DNA of 64,000 bases from Eledone cirrhosa (Eukaryota): assembly GCA_964016885.1 (NCBI GenBank), contig OZ024741.1, positions 269,948,001-270,012,000 on the forward strand, in the 5' to 3' direction. Position 1 is the stretch's first letter; each line of letters begins with the position of its first letter. The notes beneath the pieces were generated by a model, which saw nothing but the letters and a program-made list of their open reading frames with translations, made no database searches and was not told where the DNA came from. Positions 1 to 11,373 of this stretch are shown here, piece by piece. The position numbers were made by a program, and so were the translations under genes.

Positions 1-516
1 AAATAAAATTAAATATAATAAGATAAATAAATACATACACAAGCACATAAACACACACTAGTCACCCAGCAGACACAACACTATACACACTAGTCACACA
101 TCACACATAACACTATACACACACGCAAACGCATGCGCAAAGAAGACAAAATAAAATAAGATAAACAAACAAGCAAATAAATAAATAAATATATAGACAG
201 ACTGAACAAAAAAAAATGGCGTAGACATACAACACAACAGGAGGAACAATGAATATAACACCACTGACGATGTTGCAGATGTGCAACGAAAGATTTATGT
301 AAATTATGTAAACTATATATATGTGTTTGTGTCTATATTGTATCTGTATTATTTTTGACCGCCGGTCAGTCAATGGCAACATTGAGGACCGAGTAAGTTA
401 GATCGCAGATATATATATATAAAAGACAGCGAGAAGCGAAAAAAACCAACCAAACAGTGAGTGTGTTCTGTTATTAATTCTGGCAATATTACGCAAATAT
501 GACCCTCCCCAAATAT

Positions 517-584
<68 letters not shown>

Positions 585-586
<2 letters not shown>

Positions 587-680
587 TCATCATCATCATC
601 ATCATCATTTCATTTTACGTCCGCTTTTCCCTGCTTGCAAGGGTGGGACGGGAACTGATTCTGGCTCGATTTCTACAGCT
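585..680 (-). mobile_element. 3' end of an RTE-type LINE or SINE with a (ATG)n tail
   Basis: (CAT)n is followed by tttcattttacgtccgcttttccctgcttgc. The reverse complement of this string is inserted at about 19219-19262. Confidence 0.55.
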
Positions 681-927
681 GACAGTTGAAAATTGCAAAC
701 TCGACTGTCACCACATATTATGAACCTGAAGATTGCGAAAGCATGAAAGTACTTGTTCAATTAACACTTAGAATTTAATATTCTATCATACTATTTCATT
801 ATAATACCATTATATATTTTAAAGGATTGTAAATAAAACGAGTAAATCAGACAAAGTTGGAATTCCTCTTATTAATATAATCTTCTATACACAATCATAC
901 ACACCTGTGTATATTTACCTATCTATA

Positions 928-979
<52 letters not shown>

Positions 980-1002
980 TATATAAATATATAAATATAT
1001 AT

Positions 1003-1258
1003 CAAGTAAGAATATTTTCGAAACAGTGAGCGAGTTTGAAATTATAAATATAAGCTATCGCCGTATTTTGACTAAAGAAATTAAAGAAATTATTTAGCCT
1101 GATAGTGGAGTTAAGAACCCTCGGAGAAATGGAAAAAGATGAGTATTGACGTACATACTCATCTTTTTCCATTTCTCCGAGGGTTCTTAACCCCACTATC
1201 AGGCTAAATAATTTCTTTAATTTCTTTAGTCAAAATACGGCGATAGCTTATATTTATA
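1003..1258 (-). mobile_element. Fold-back element in (TA)n: 104-bp inverted arms plus a one-sided 40-bp tail
   Basis: 1043-1146 is the reverse complement of 1155-1258 (one mismatch, 8-nt loop). The extension 1003-1042 is unpaired. No canonical HHR core is visible. Confidence 0.75.
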
Positions 1259-1259
1259 T

Positions 1260-1706
<447 letters not shown>

Positions 1707-2545
1707 TTATTCAGCTGTAATAATAAAGGTTTATTGTCCATGTTTTGTTGAATTTGTCTGTTTCGTTTGATGTTCGGGTCGATAATCATTATTAATTATA
1801 TGTATTTTTCAAATTCTTGAAACATTGTATTAAATTCTTTTACGTGTAATTTCCATCGTGTGTTCTTCTTTGACTTTTTAATTGTCTGTTTCTTCGTATC
1901 CACGCTGTTTATCCAAATTAAGAAAGGCCGTGACCAGTTAACTTGATCAACATTTTGAATCCATGTCAAGATTTTTCATTCTTCTATAAAAAGGTTTTTG
2001 AAGTCATTTTTTTCCCCCTACAGGATAGGCCTTTTTCCTCAACAAAGAATGTTTGTCGTAAATCCCATTTATTTATTTTTTATTTTATATTTTCAAAAAA
2101 TCGGAATATTTTTCCGAGATATTTTCTCCTGCACTTAAAGTCTCGCCTGTTATCCGAACACTGTGAATTCGTGTTCGAGTTTTGAACTGATCTAAGTAAC
2201 TAGAACATACTGTAAAACGTTCTTCAGTTCATTCTGAAATCTCATTTTCTTTCATTAAGCGTGTTTTTTTTTTATTATTATCATCTAAAAGTACCAGTAA
2301 CGCATTATGTTTCTGAGCTGTTTAAACATAATTGGTATTTTATAAGAATCCAGCTTCTACAGCTCACAGCAAAACCAGAGGCAATGTATAACCTTGAGAA
2401 CCGCTAAACAACGAGAAACGATCGATCGCCGGTTTGTTTTCGCTACCTTAAATTCATAGCGAAAGTCCTTCAAAATGTTTTAAAATAAACATACAGTATA
2501 TCATTAAATATACAATACATACATTCAATTATTATTATTATTATT

Positions 2546-2711
2546 ACGGCCCTTTACATTCTGAGTTCAAATCCTGCCGAAGTTAGCTTTGCCTTTCATC
2601 CTTACGGTGTCGGTAAAACGAAGCACCAGTAATGCACTGGGGTTGATATAATCGACTTTCCCCTCCCCCAAAATTGCTGGCCTTGTGCCTATATAAGAAA
2701 CCATTATTATT
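2546..2711 (+). mobile_element. 5'-truncated SINE family A between (ATT)n runs
   Basis: B box GAGTTCAAATCC, the central block, and a 3' end ccttgtgcctatataagaaaccattattatt. Confidence 0.85.
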
Positions 2712-3087
2712 GCAGTGAACGTGGTTACAACTTTTATTGTACTTAAATGAATTCGATTTTGGTTACAATTTTCTTAGAAACAAAGACAAAAGGTATTTGA
2801 ATCAAAATACTGTCTGTTCATTATTGCTTACTATTCTAAATCTGATGCAGCTTTTTTCTCTCTTATAGTCATTTTCTTTTCGTGCACTGTTCACAATGTT
2901 GCTTCATTCTTTCTCAAATCTCGCCCCATTTTAGTTTTGTTGTCACAACGTTCATATCTTTTTATAACTTGGAATTTACTATCTGAAATTAATGCATTCT
3001 TCTTCTTACATTGGGACATTTCTCATCAGTCATTCTTTTATCTCTAGTAATTGAAGTTAGATTAAGTATTGTATTGAGATGGATTAA

Positions 3088-3420
3088 GGTAGCTAATTGG
3101 CAGAGTCGTTAGAACGCCGGATAGAATGCTTTACAGTATTAGTTTCGGCTCTCTGCTATCTGAGTTCAAATCCCGCCAAGGCCAACTTTGCTTTCCATCC
3201 ATTCAAGGTCAATAAAAAAAAGTACCAGTCAAGAACTGGGGTTGATTCTTCCTCTATATCTCTTCCTCGCTTCCATTCTTTCGTGTTTTATCCTTCTCTA
3301 GAAGAAATCTGCTGTATTCTGACCTGGAGAGGAGATGGTCGCCGCCAGTCTTTAAAATGCCCTAGAAACGCCGTTTGTCTATATGGCGCAACTACGACTC
3401 CCTCGGGAGTTACGGGCCCA
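3088..3420 (+). mobile_element. SINE family A variant with an alternative long 3' part (paralog at about 8448-8765)
   Basis: A and B boxes are present. The tail gacctggagagg...cgactccctcgggagttacggg is shared with 8683-8763. Confidence 0.7.
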
Positions 3421-3789
3421 TGCATTCATTTAGGTGAAGTGGAACATGACGATCACTACAGGGAAACACAACTCTTACAACCACACAGAAATTATCTAAC
3501 GACCTTATTCTTCACCGTTTGAAAATCTCGGAAAACTGAGCCCAACAACTTTCCGCATGACTTTCGAAACCTTGTTCGAAATTGAAATGAAGTCCCGTGT
3601 TTGTGGGATTTGATGTCAATTTATGAAACGTTGTGCTTTTATATCCCGTGTTAATCGAATTATATTCATCTATCTATGACCCAAAGACATTCGATCTATC
3701 TAAAACCACACCCTATCGTTTTTTGTTGTTTTTAAGCCATTTCATATGAGAGGTCTGGGAGCCGATCAGAAAAATGAATTGCTTTTAAT

Positions 3790-4530
3790 TTAGGGACAAG
3801 CCAACAATTTAAATTCGATGACAACGACCCCAGTACTTGACTGTTACTTTATACTAAAATAAAGGATGAAAGATAAAGTCATCCTCGGCGGGATTTGAAC
3901 TCAGAACGTAAAGGGAAATCTATTGACTCTGTTAATCCATTTCCATCATTGTCTGAGAAAAATAATTATTTCTAATATCAGCACAAGGCCAACAATTTGT
4001 GGTCTGGTGTGTGTGGGGGGAGGGGGTAAAGTCAATTATATAGACCCCAGTTCTTGACTAGTATTGTCTTTTCTTGACCTCGGAAAGAGGAAAGACAAAG
4101 TTGACTTTGGTGAGATTTGAACTCAGAACGTAAAGGGCTGCAACCCTATGCCGCGAAGCAGGGTGTCCGACGTTCTACTGATACTGCCAATCCACTGCCC
4201 TTTTTATTTAATAATAATAATTGTTTCTACTTTTGGCACAAGGCCAGCAATTATTCCAGTGTATTACTGGTACTTTATTTTATCGACCCTGTAAGGATGA
4301 AAGGCAAAGTTAACCTCGGCGGGATTTGAACTCAGACCATAAAGGGCCGTAACTCTTTGCTGATAAGGATGGCGTCCGACCCTCTACCGATACTGCCAAT
4401 CCACTGGGTCCCTGGTTTAGGCACAAGGCCAAGAATTTTTTGGGTAGTCGATTAAATCGAGCCCAGTGCGTTACTGGTATTTCATTTCATCGACTCCGTA
4501 AGGATGAAAGGGAAAGCTAACCTCTGCGGG
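3790..4530 (-). mobile_element. Cluster of about four SINE family A copies separated by AAT-rich runs
   Basis: The motif gcacaaggcc...ggatgaaaggcaaagttaacctcggcgggatttgaactcag recurs through the interval. Confidence 0.85.
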
Positions 4531-4619
4531 AATAATGATTTGTACTATTGCTAGAAAAGCATATAGTTTAGGGAACACAACTGATCAGTGATATTGATAT
4601 TATCAACAATAAATGACAA

Positions 4620-4897
4620 ACTGGCTGGTTGGCTGGTTGGCTGGTTGGCTGGTTGGTTAGTTGGTTGGCCGGTTGGTTGGTTGGTTGGTTGGTTGGCTAA
4701 CTGGTTGGTTAGTTGGTTGGCCGGTTGGCTGGTTGGTTGGTTGGTTGGCTGGTTGGTTGGCTGGCTGGTTGGTTGGTTGACTGGCTGGCTGATTTGGTTG
4801 GTTGGTTGGTTTGCTGGCTGGCTGGCTGGTTTGGTTTGTTGGTTGGTTGGTTGGCTGGCTGGCTGGAAGGTTGGTTGGTTGATTGGCTGGTTAGTTG

Positions 4898-4930
<33 letters not shown>

Positions 4931-5015
4931 AAGGTTGGTTGGTTGATTGGCTGGTTAGTTGGCTGGCTGGCTGGCTGGCTGGCTGGAAGGTTGGTTGGTT
5001 GATTGGCTGGTTAGT

Positions 5016-5046
<31 letters not shown>

Positions 5047-5241
5047 TTTGGTTGGTTGGCTGGCTGGCTGGTTTGGTTGGTTGGCTGGCTGGTTGGTTGG
5101 ATGGGTGGTTGGCTAGCTGGTTGGCTGGTTGGCTGGCTGGTTGGTTGGCTGGCTGGTTAGTCGGTTGGTTGGTTGGCTGGCTGGCTGGTTGGCTGGTTGG
5201 TTGGCTTGTTGGATGGATGGATGGATGATTGGCTGGCTGGC
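4620..5241. repeat. (GGTT/GGCT)n tetranucleotide array
   Basis: Seen directly; it is the source of the WLVG/WLAG pseudo-ORFs. Confidence 0.95.
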
Positions 5242-5416
5242 TAGATAGCTTGCTTTACTTTGGCCACTTCCACTGATGTAATCGTAGGTGTGCCGTCCGG
5301 ATATTCACCGTCTTAGACATTTAAAGCTTAGGAAAGCGTATCCTTCTGCAGATCGTAACGCAGCCGACTTCTTATAGAGTAAGGAAGAGAGAGAGTGAGA
5401 TATAGAAAAACAGGAG

Positions 5417-5447
<31 letters not shown>

Positions 5448-5580
5448 GAGGGAGAGGCAGAGAAAGGTTTCCTCAGCTAGGAATAGTGCTAGAGTGGTTT
5501 GTTTATGTATGTATGTATCTCCCCTACGACTTTATCAGGAGTTACGAGTTTAAGAGAAAGAGAGAAAAACAGGTTGACTA

Positions 5581-6500
5581 TCTATATATATAAAGCTGAG
5601 GATGTGTGTCTGTGTGTGTGTGAGTTTGAATCCCTAAAACTCGAGAACCACCCAACCGACTGTTTTTAAACTTTACAGATGTAATACTTATGTTTCAGGG
5701 AGTGTTCTGAGCAAAAGAATTTCAAATTTTCAATGTCCTAGGGACCACATTAGGCGATTTAACGATCTCTCTCTATAATTCTTGGTCTTTCTCTTTTTAG
5801 ATAGATACATACATATAACATTGCGTCCTTATAATATCTGTCTGTATGTCTGGCTGTCTGCATTACGTCACTTCCCTGAGGATGTCTGTGTGTGTGCGTG
5901 AGTTTGAATACCTAAAACTCGAGAGGTACCCAACCGACTTTTTTCAAACTTTACATGTGTATTACTTATATTTCAGGGAGTGTTATGCACATTAAAAAAT
6001 TCCATTTTTTTATCCCCTAGGGCCCGCATTAGGTGAAAAACTGCGTTTTTTCAGGTTTTTAGGGGTTTTTTGAGGCGTTACGTGAGACCGATTTCCTTGA
6101 AATTGTAACTATGTATTAGTCAGTCTCTTCTTCATACCGTGAGCAAAGAAAATCCAATTTTTTTATGGCCTAGAGCCCGCATTAGGTGAAAAACTTCGTT
6201 TTTTTCAGCTTTTTAGGGCTTTTTTGAGGCGTTACGTCTAGCTTATTTTCCCGAAATTTCAAGGCATATTATGCACATAAAAAAAAATTCATTTTCTTGA
6301 TCCCCTAGGGCCCGCATTAGGTGAAAACCTGCATTTTTCCTGCTTCATCGAGGAAAATCTTAAAGATTATCCAGCCATCAGAGTATTCGGTTTATTTTCT
6401 TTACATATTGTCCAGGCATGCAGTTTTTCCACGATTAGGTCTGTTGGCGGCCCGCGCTCCAAAATACCTTATCCCGTGCAACGCCGGGTACCACTGCTAG
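5581..6500 (+). mobile_element. Non-autonomous Helitron
   Basis: 5' TC follows an A and 3' CTAG precedes a T, giving an A^T target with no TSD. It has a subterminal hairpin cccgtgcaacgccggg, an internal duplication (about 5596 vs 5876) and repeated gcccgcattaggtgaaaa subunits. Confidence 0.85.
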
Positions 6501-6508
6501 TATTATAT

Positions 6509-6564
<56 letters not shown>

Positions 6565-6600
6565 TGCATAACGTTAACAGTCTTTTATATATATATACGA

Positions 6601-6657
<57 letters not shown>

Positions 6658-7337
6658 ACTGTTAACGTTAAGCAATAGATTGGATTATACACATGATACT
6701 TTTTCTCTTATCATATATGGAAAGAAACCGAGATGGTGAACTGATAAAGGAGAAGAAATAAAGAAAAGAAGAGTAAGAATAATTCCTATAAAGCGTTTTG
6801 TGTTTAAGTAAATAGAGCGAGAGAAAAGGCACACGTTAAATATGTATAGCATTGCTAGGTTTTAGACCTGGCTCTCTTACAAATCTTTTCATCTTAGAAT
6901 TGGTGTGAAAAAAAAAGAGTGTTTTGACGTTGCGTTAAAGGATATGAGGCTTGGTTCTGTCGTGTCTATTTGATGGATGATATTTCAAGTACCAAGAAGA
7001 AAACGGTAAAACGAAATTTAATAGCAAAATAAAAAAAAAATTACATAAAAAGAAATATGCACTCACATACATACTCGTAGCACGAGCCTGCAGTGATTTC
7101 ATTCGTGGTGTTGTCACCTACTGAGATTTGCTTGAAATAAGATTAGGGTTTAAAGAAAAAACAGAGAATAATAAATTCAAACCCTGCCCTCACATCCTCA
7201 GATAAGTAATCAATGTTACTTAAGCTTATGTAAGTAAATAGTGAAATAAAACATCAACAGATTTCACGAAAATATCTGGATTTGAAAAACTATCAAACCT
7301 ATCCATGATTATAGAAATAGAAGAAAACAATACAAAT

Positions 7338-7580
7338 ACCACCACCACCACTACCACCATCACCACCGCAGCCACCGCCACCACCACTGCCACAAGCATC
7401 CCCACCGCCGCCGCCACCATCACTGCCACTACTATTACCACCGCTGTCACCACCATCACCACCACTGCCACCACCACCACCACTGCCACCACCATCACCA
7501 CCGCCACCCCCCACCCCCCACCACCACTGCCACCACCACTAACACCACCACCACCATCACCACCGCCATCACCACTACCC
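7338..7580. repeat. (CAC/CCA)n trinucleotide tract
   Basis: Seen directly. Confidence 0.9.
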
Positions 7581-7756
7581 TCAACCTTTCCTCTTTCTCA
7601 AGAAATGATTCTTAGAAAAATATATTTTTTAAATATTAGCTCAATAGACAAAAGCAAACGGTTAAGAAATTCTCTTTGTCTTCATAGAGTTCCGTGTTTC
7701 ATTCATCTTGGGGAAATGTCTTTTATCAGAGCCAAGGATGAACTAAAGACAATGTG

Positions 7757-8071
7757 GGTGGCTTTGTGGTTACGGTATTCTCCTCACAATCGTAAGGTCG
7801 TCAATTCGATTCCTGGCGGCGCATCGTGTTCTTGAGCAAGACACTTTATTTCACGTTCCTCCAGTCGACTCAGCTGGCAAAAATGAGTTGTACCTGTAAT
7901 TCGAAGGACCAGCCTTGTCACACACTGTGTCACACTGAATCTCCCTGAGAACTACGTAAACGGTACGCGTGCCTGTGGAATGCTCAACGACTTGCACGTT
8001 AATTTTACGAGCAGGTTGTTCCGTTGATCGGATCACCTGGAACACTCGTCGTCGTAACCGCCAGAGTGCCT
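7757..8071 (+). mobile_element. tRNA-derived SINE family B
   Basis: A-box-like TGGCTTTGTGGTT and B-box-like AATTCGATTCC, followed by a body (ccagtcgactcagctggcaaaaatgagt) unrelated to family A. Confidence 0.7.
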
Positions 8072-8087
8072 CCATATGATCAACCAA

Positions 8088-8765
8088 GTGGCAGAGTCGT
8101 TAGAACGTCGTAGAGAATACTTTGCAGTATTTCATCTGGTTTCTTTTGCTTTGAGTTCGAATAATGATTTCTAGTATAGGCACAAGGCCAGTAATTTGGG
8201 GGGAGAGGAAAGTCGATTAAATCGACTCCAGTACATTACTGGTACTTTATTTTATCGACCCCGTAAGGATGAAAAGCAAAGTTAACCTCGACGGGATTTG
8301 AACTCAGACCGTAAAGGACCGTAACTCTATGCTGCAAAGCATGGTGTCCGACTCTCTACCCATACTGCCAATCCATCGCCCTTATTCTGAGTTCGAATAA
8401 TGCCAAGGTCAACATTACCTTTCATTCTTTTGAGGTTGATAAATACAAGGTGGTGAATTGGTACAGTCGTTACAACGTCAGATAGAATGTCTTTGTGGTA
8501 TCGGTTTCGGCTCTCTACTCTCTCAGTTCAAACCTCATCGAGGTCAACTTTGCCTTTCATCCATTCAAAGTAGATAAAAAAATGTACCAGTCAAGTACTG
8601 GGGTCGATTCTTTCTCTATATCTCTTTCTCACTTCCTCTCTCTCACTTTCTATGCTAATCAATAAGACGTCAGCTGTGTTCAGACCTGGAGAGGTATAAA
8701 ATGCCCAAGAGACGCCGAATGTGCATGCACGGCGCCCCAACGACTCCTTCGAGAGTTACGGGACG
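8088..8765. mobile_element. Nested SINE family A cluster: a minus-strand copy (8166-8382) inside or between plus-strand copies
   Basis: Family A motifs occur in both orientations, and gagttcgaataatg is duplicated around the minus-strand copy. Confidence 0.75.
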
Positions 8766-9009
8766 ATGCACGCATGCATAGGATTAACCAAAGCCTTGTG
8801 GGGGAAATTGGTCAGACGGAAACTGTTTGGAAGCCCACCAGATGTATTTTACCAGGAATTCAAAAGATCCAGTCTCGTGACATTGTCGCGTTGATTTTGT
8901 CTGAATTTGTTTATGTTGAGGCTACATATGTCTATATTAGAATACTATATTACATTACGTTGAACCTTTTGACTGCGAAGCGAGCGTCTTAACCACTCAG
9001 TCATGCCTA

Positions 9010-9100
<91 letters not shown>

Positions 9101-9803
9101 ACTGAAGTAAAAATTAAGTGGAAATATCCAAGAGTAAGAGCACTCAGTCCATAGGACGAGTTTAGTATAAATAATTACAACAGTGATATAAACAGGTACT
9201 CAAGTTTCGTCGGGTTCTGGGCTCCAACTCATTCAGCATGTCATGAGAAAAATAAAAACAAAGATGTCCGCCTAAGGTTGATTGTGCTTTCCTTTTAGGG
9301 ATGTAACATAAGAGTTTACGCTTGGGCAGGTAATTTAGAAAAAGTTTACAGAAAGGATTCTTTTTTAATTATGGGTAAGATCAAGGGAGGTAACTCTTGA
9401 GAAACCACAGTCAATTTTGAATGAAAATAGAAGCACAATAATATCTTCTAGTTGGCTCAAAAAATCAAATTTCACTGAATTACAATATAGTCAGTAAATC
9501 AAAAGATACTTCTAGACCTGTTAGCCAGGCGTAAGCCATTTATCCAAAATATACTTCTTCGCATGGGAACATCTGCCAAAGCAATCGAGTCGTGTGTTGA
9601 GGCAGTGCTTATCTGAAGTTAATTGTGTGAGTGGATACTCTCACAATTAGCTTATATATATATTCAAATATATATGTATTCATTCCAATGCACATTGGGA
9701 TACAATAAAACAGGTAGAAATGACTTATGCCATTAGGCAAATTACACAAATACGGAGTGCACAGGGGCTTAGCCAAAAGAGAAAAATATAGAAATGAGGG
9801 AAG

Positions 9804-9805
<2 letters not shown>
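9101..9805 (-). mobile_element. 5'-truncated Penelope-like element: degenerate endonuclease C-terminus and a 3' HHR
   Basis: The minus strand at 9521-9620 reads KHCLNTRLDCFGRCSHAKKYILDK, resembling the PLE C-terminal LNxRxExxxxCxHxxK(F/Y)xL. Upstream is SLLAKP...CNL. An HHR-like motif lies at 9192-9241 and microsatellites flank the element. Confidence 0.55.
9192..9241 (-). ncRNA. Hammerhead ribozyme-like motif (type I, extra nucleotide in core)
   Basis: acatg CUGAAUGA guugg-loop-ccgac GAAA cuugag UA ccugu. Helix III is near-palindromic (ACUUGAGU) and helix I has one mismatch. Confidence 0.55.
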
Positions 9806-9852
<47 letters not shown>

Positions 9853-9854
<2 letters not shown>

Positions 9855-11275
9855 TGGCAGTTTAGCCCGGCGTTGCTCGGGTTTGTTCATTTGCTATGAA
9901 AAGTTTCATACAGGTAAACGTGGCTTGAAAGCGAATAAGTTTATCAATTAAGTGCATAAAGCAGTTGAACCGGTTATTAAAAGTTACGAACCAATTAGTA
10001 TTTTGGACAATCAATGATGGGTTAATAATCTTCTAATACCGAATTTAGCAGACCAAAGTTGCAAGATGTTGGCCCTGATACCGCTGGGTGTCAGATCTGT
10101 CCGCCATGGGTGACCCTACCAGGAAATAGTTTTCCAGACGGCATAGCTCCAACACCTCCAACACCTGCACCAACATCTATAGCACCTCTTTGTAGACGAT
10201 ATTGCGTGTCATCACTTGAGGAGTGTAAGCAAAAAGTCCATTCCTGCTCCCTACGCGGGAACAAGCAACATAAAGTTGGCATGGGAGAAGCATGGCTCCC
10301 CCAAATGGATGCCTGCCACCGACAATGTTTGCCCTTGTGACTTGTTAATGGACATGGCAAAACATGGTCTCACCGGGAAATGGGATCGCGGAAATCGAAC
10401 GGGATATCTGACGCCGAAGGGAAAAGGTTCATCCTTGGCAGTGAATTCGGCAGAATTGCCAGAAGTACAACACTATGGGTGTTGTCATATTAATATTTAA
10501 CCAATTAAAGTCGTAAAAATAAATAATTTAAACATTCCAATTCATATGTCTATAGCATTAATATATTGTATGAAGTGTTATTTTGCGGGTTGTTATTTGC
10601 CCCAGAAAAGCCGTATGTCTATACGGAACTCCAATGACTCCCCCAGCAGTTAAATTATAGAGAGGGGGAATAATCTATTATAGAGAGAGGGAAGAGCGAC
10701 GGAGAGAGTAAAGCTAAGAAACTATAGGGAGGTGTGTAAAACAGTGTTGTCATATAGAGTGAAGAGCGACAGAGAGAGTAAAGCAGTTAAATTATAGAGA
10801 GTGGAACGATCTATTATAGAGAGAGGGAAGAGCGACAGAGAGAGTAAAGCTATGTTTCTTGTATAAAGTGATGTGTTGCTTAGTTTTCAAAGTTTATGTC
10901 GCGTTCCTGAACGAAGTTTTGTCGCTGTTGTAAACTGTAATGGTGATAGGGTAGTAGAAGGAGGCATTAACCGTTTAAAGAGAGTTGCAGAGGAGATTGA
11001 GAGGGGAGTAGAGGGAGGGATGAACCTTTTAAAGAGAGTTGCAACATGAATGTAGTTTCATAGATTGTTGAGGGTAGTAGAGAGAGGCATTAAGCGTGTA
11101 AGAGAGAGGGTTACAGCATGTATTTAGTTTCATCGATTTCTTTAGTTTATTACGCGTTGACCATCGTTGGTAAATTTGGAGCACATTTGGGAAAAAATCA
11201 TCAAAATCGGTAGAGAACTGTGGAAATGCATAAAAATCATACACACACACAGACAGACATCTTCCGTTTTATATA
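9853..11275 (-). mobile_element. Internally deleted Helitron
   Basis: The minus-strand 3' end is cccgagcaacgccggg...gCCAG, the same hairpin type as 5581-6500. The 5' end (tataaaacggaagatgtctgtctgtgtg) resembles the other Helitron. It contains a RepHel fragment. Confidence 0.85.
10177..10410 (-). pseudogene. Helitron RepHel PIF1-like helicase C-terminal fragment (frameshifted)
   Basis: Translates across frameshifts as FPVRPCFAMSINKSQGQTLSVAGIHL / EPCFSH / QLYVACSRVGSRNGLFAYTPQVMTRNIVYKEVL*, matching PIF1 motifs V and VI. Confidence 0.9.
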
Positions 11276-11288
11276 TATATATATATAT

Positions 11289-11371
<83 letters not shown>

Positions 11372-11373
<2 letters not shown>

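Noticed and set aside
4620-5241. Possible telomeric repeats in the (GGTT/GGCT)n and (GGT)n arrays
   Set aside because: There are no TTAGGG or TTAGG arrays; these are ordinary microsatellites.
10059-10500. Host gene fragment captured by a Helitron
   Set aside because: The minus strand encodes the Helitron's own PIF1-like helicase C-terminus.
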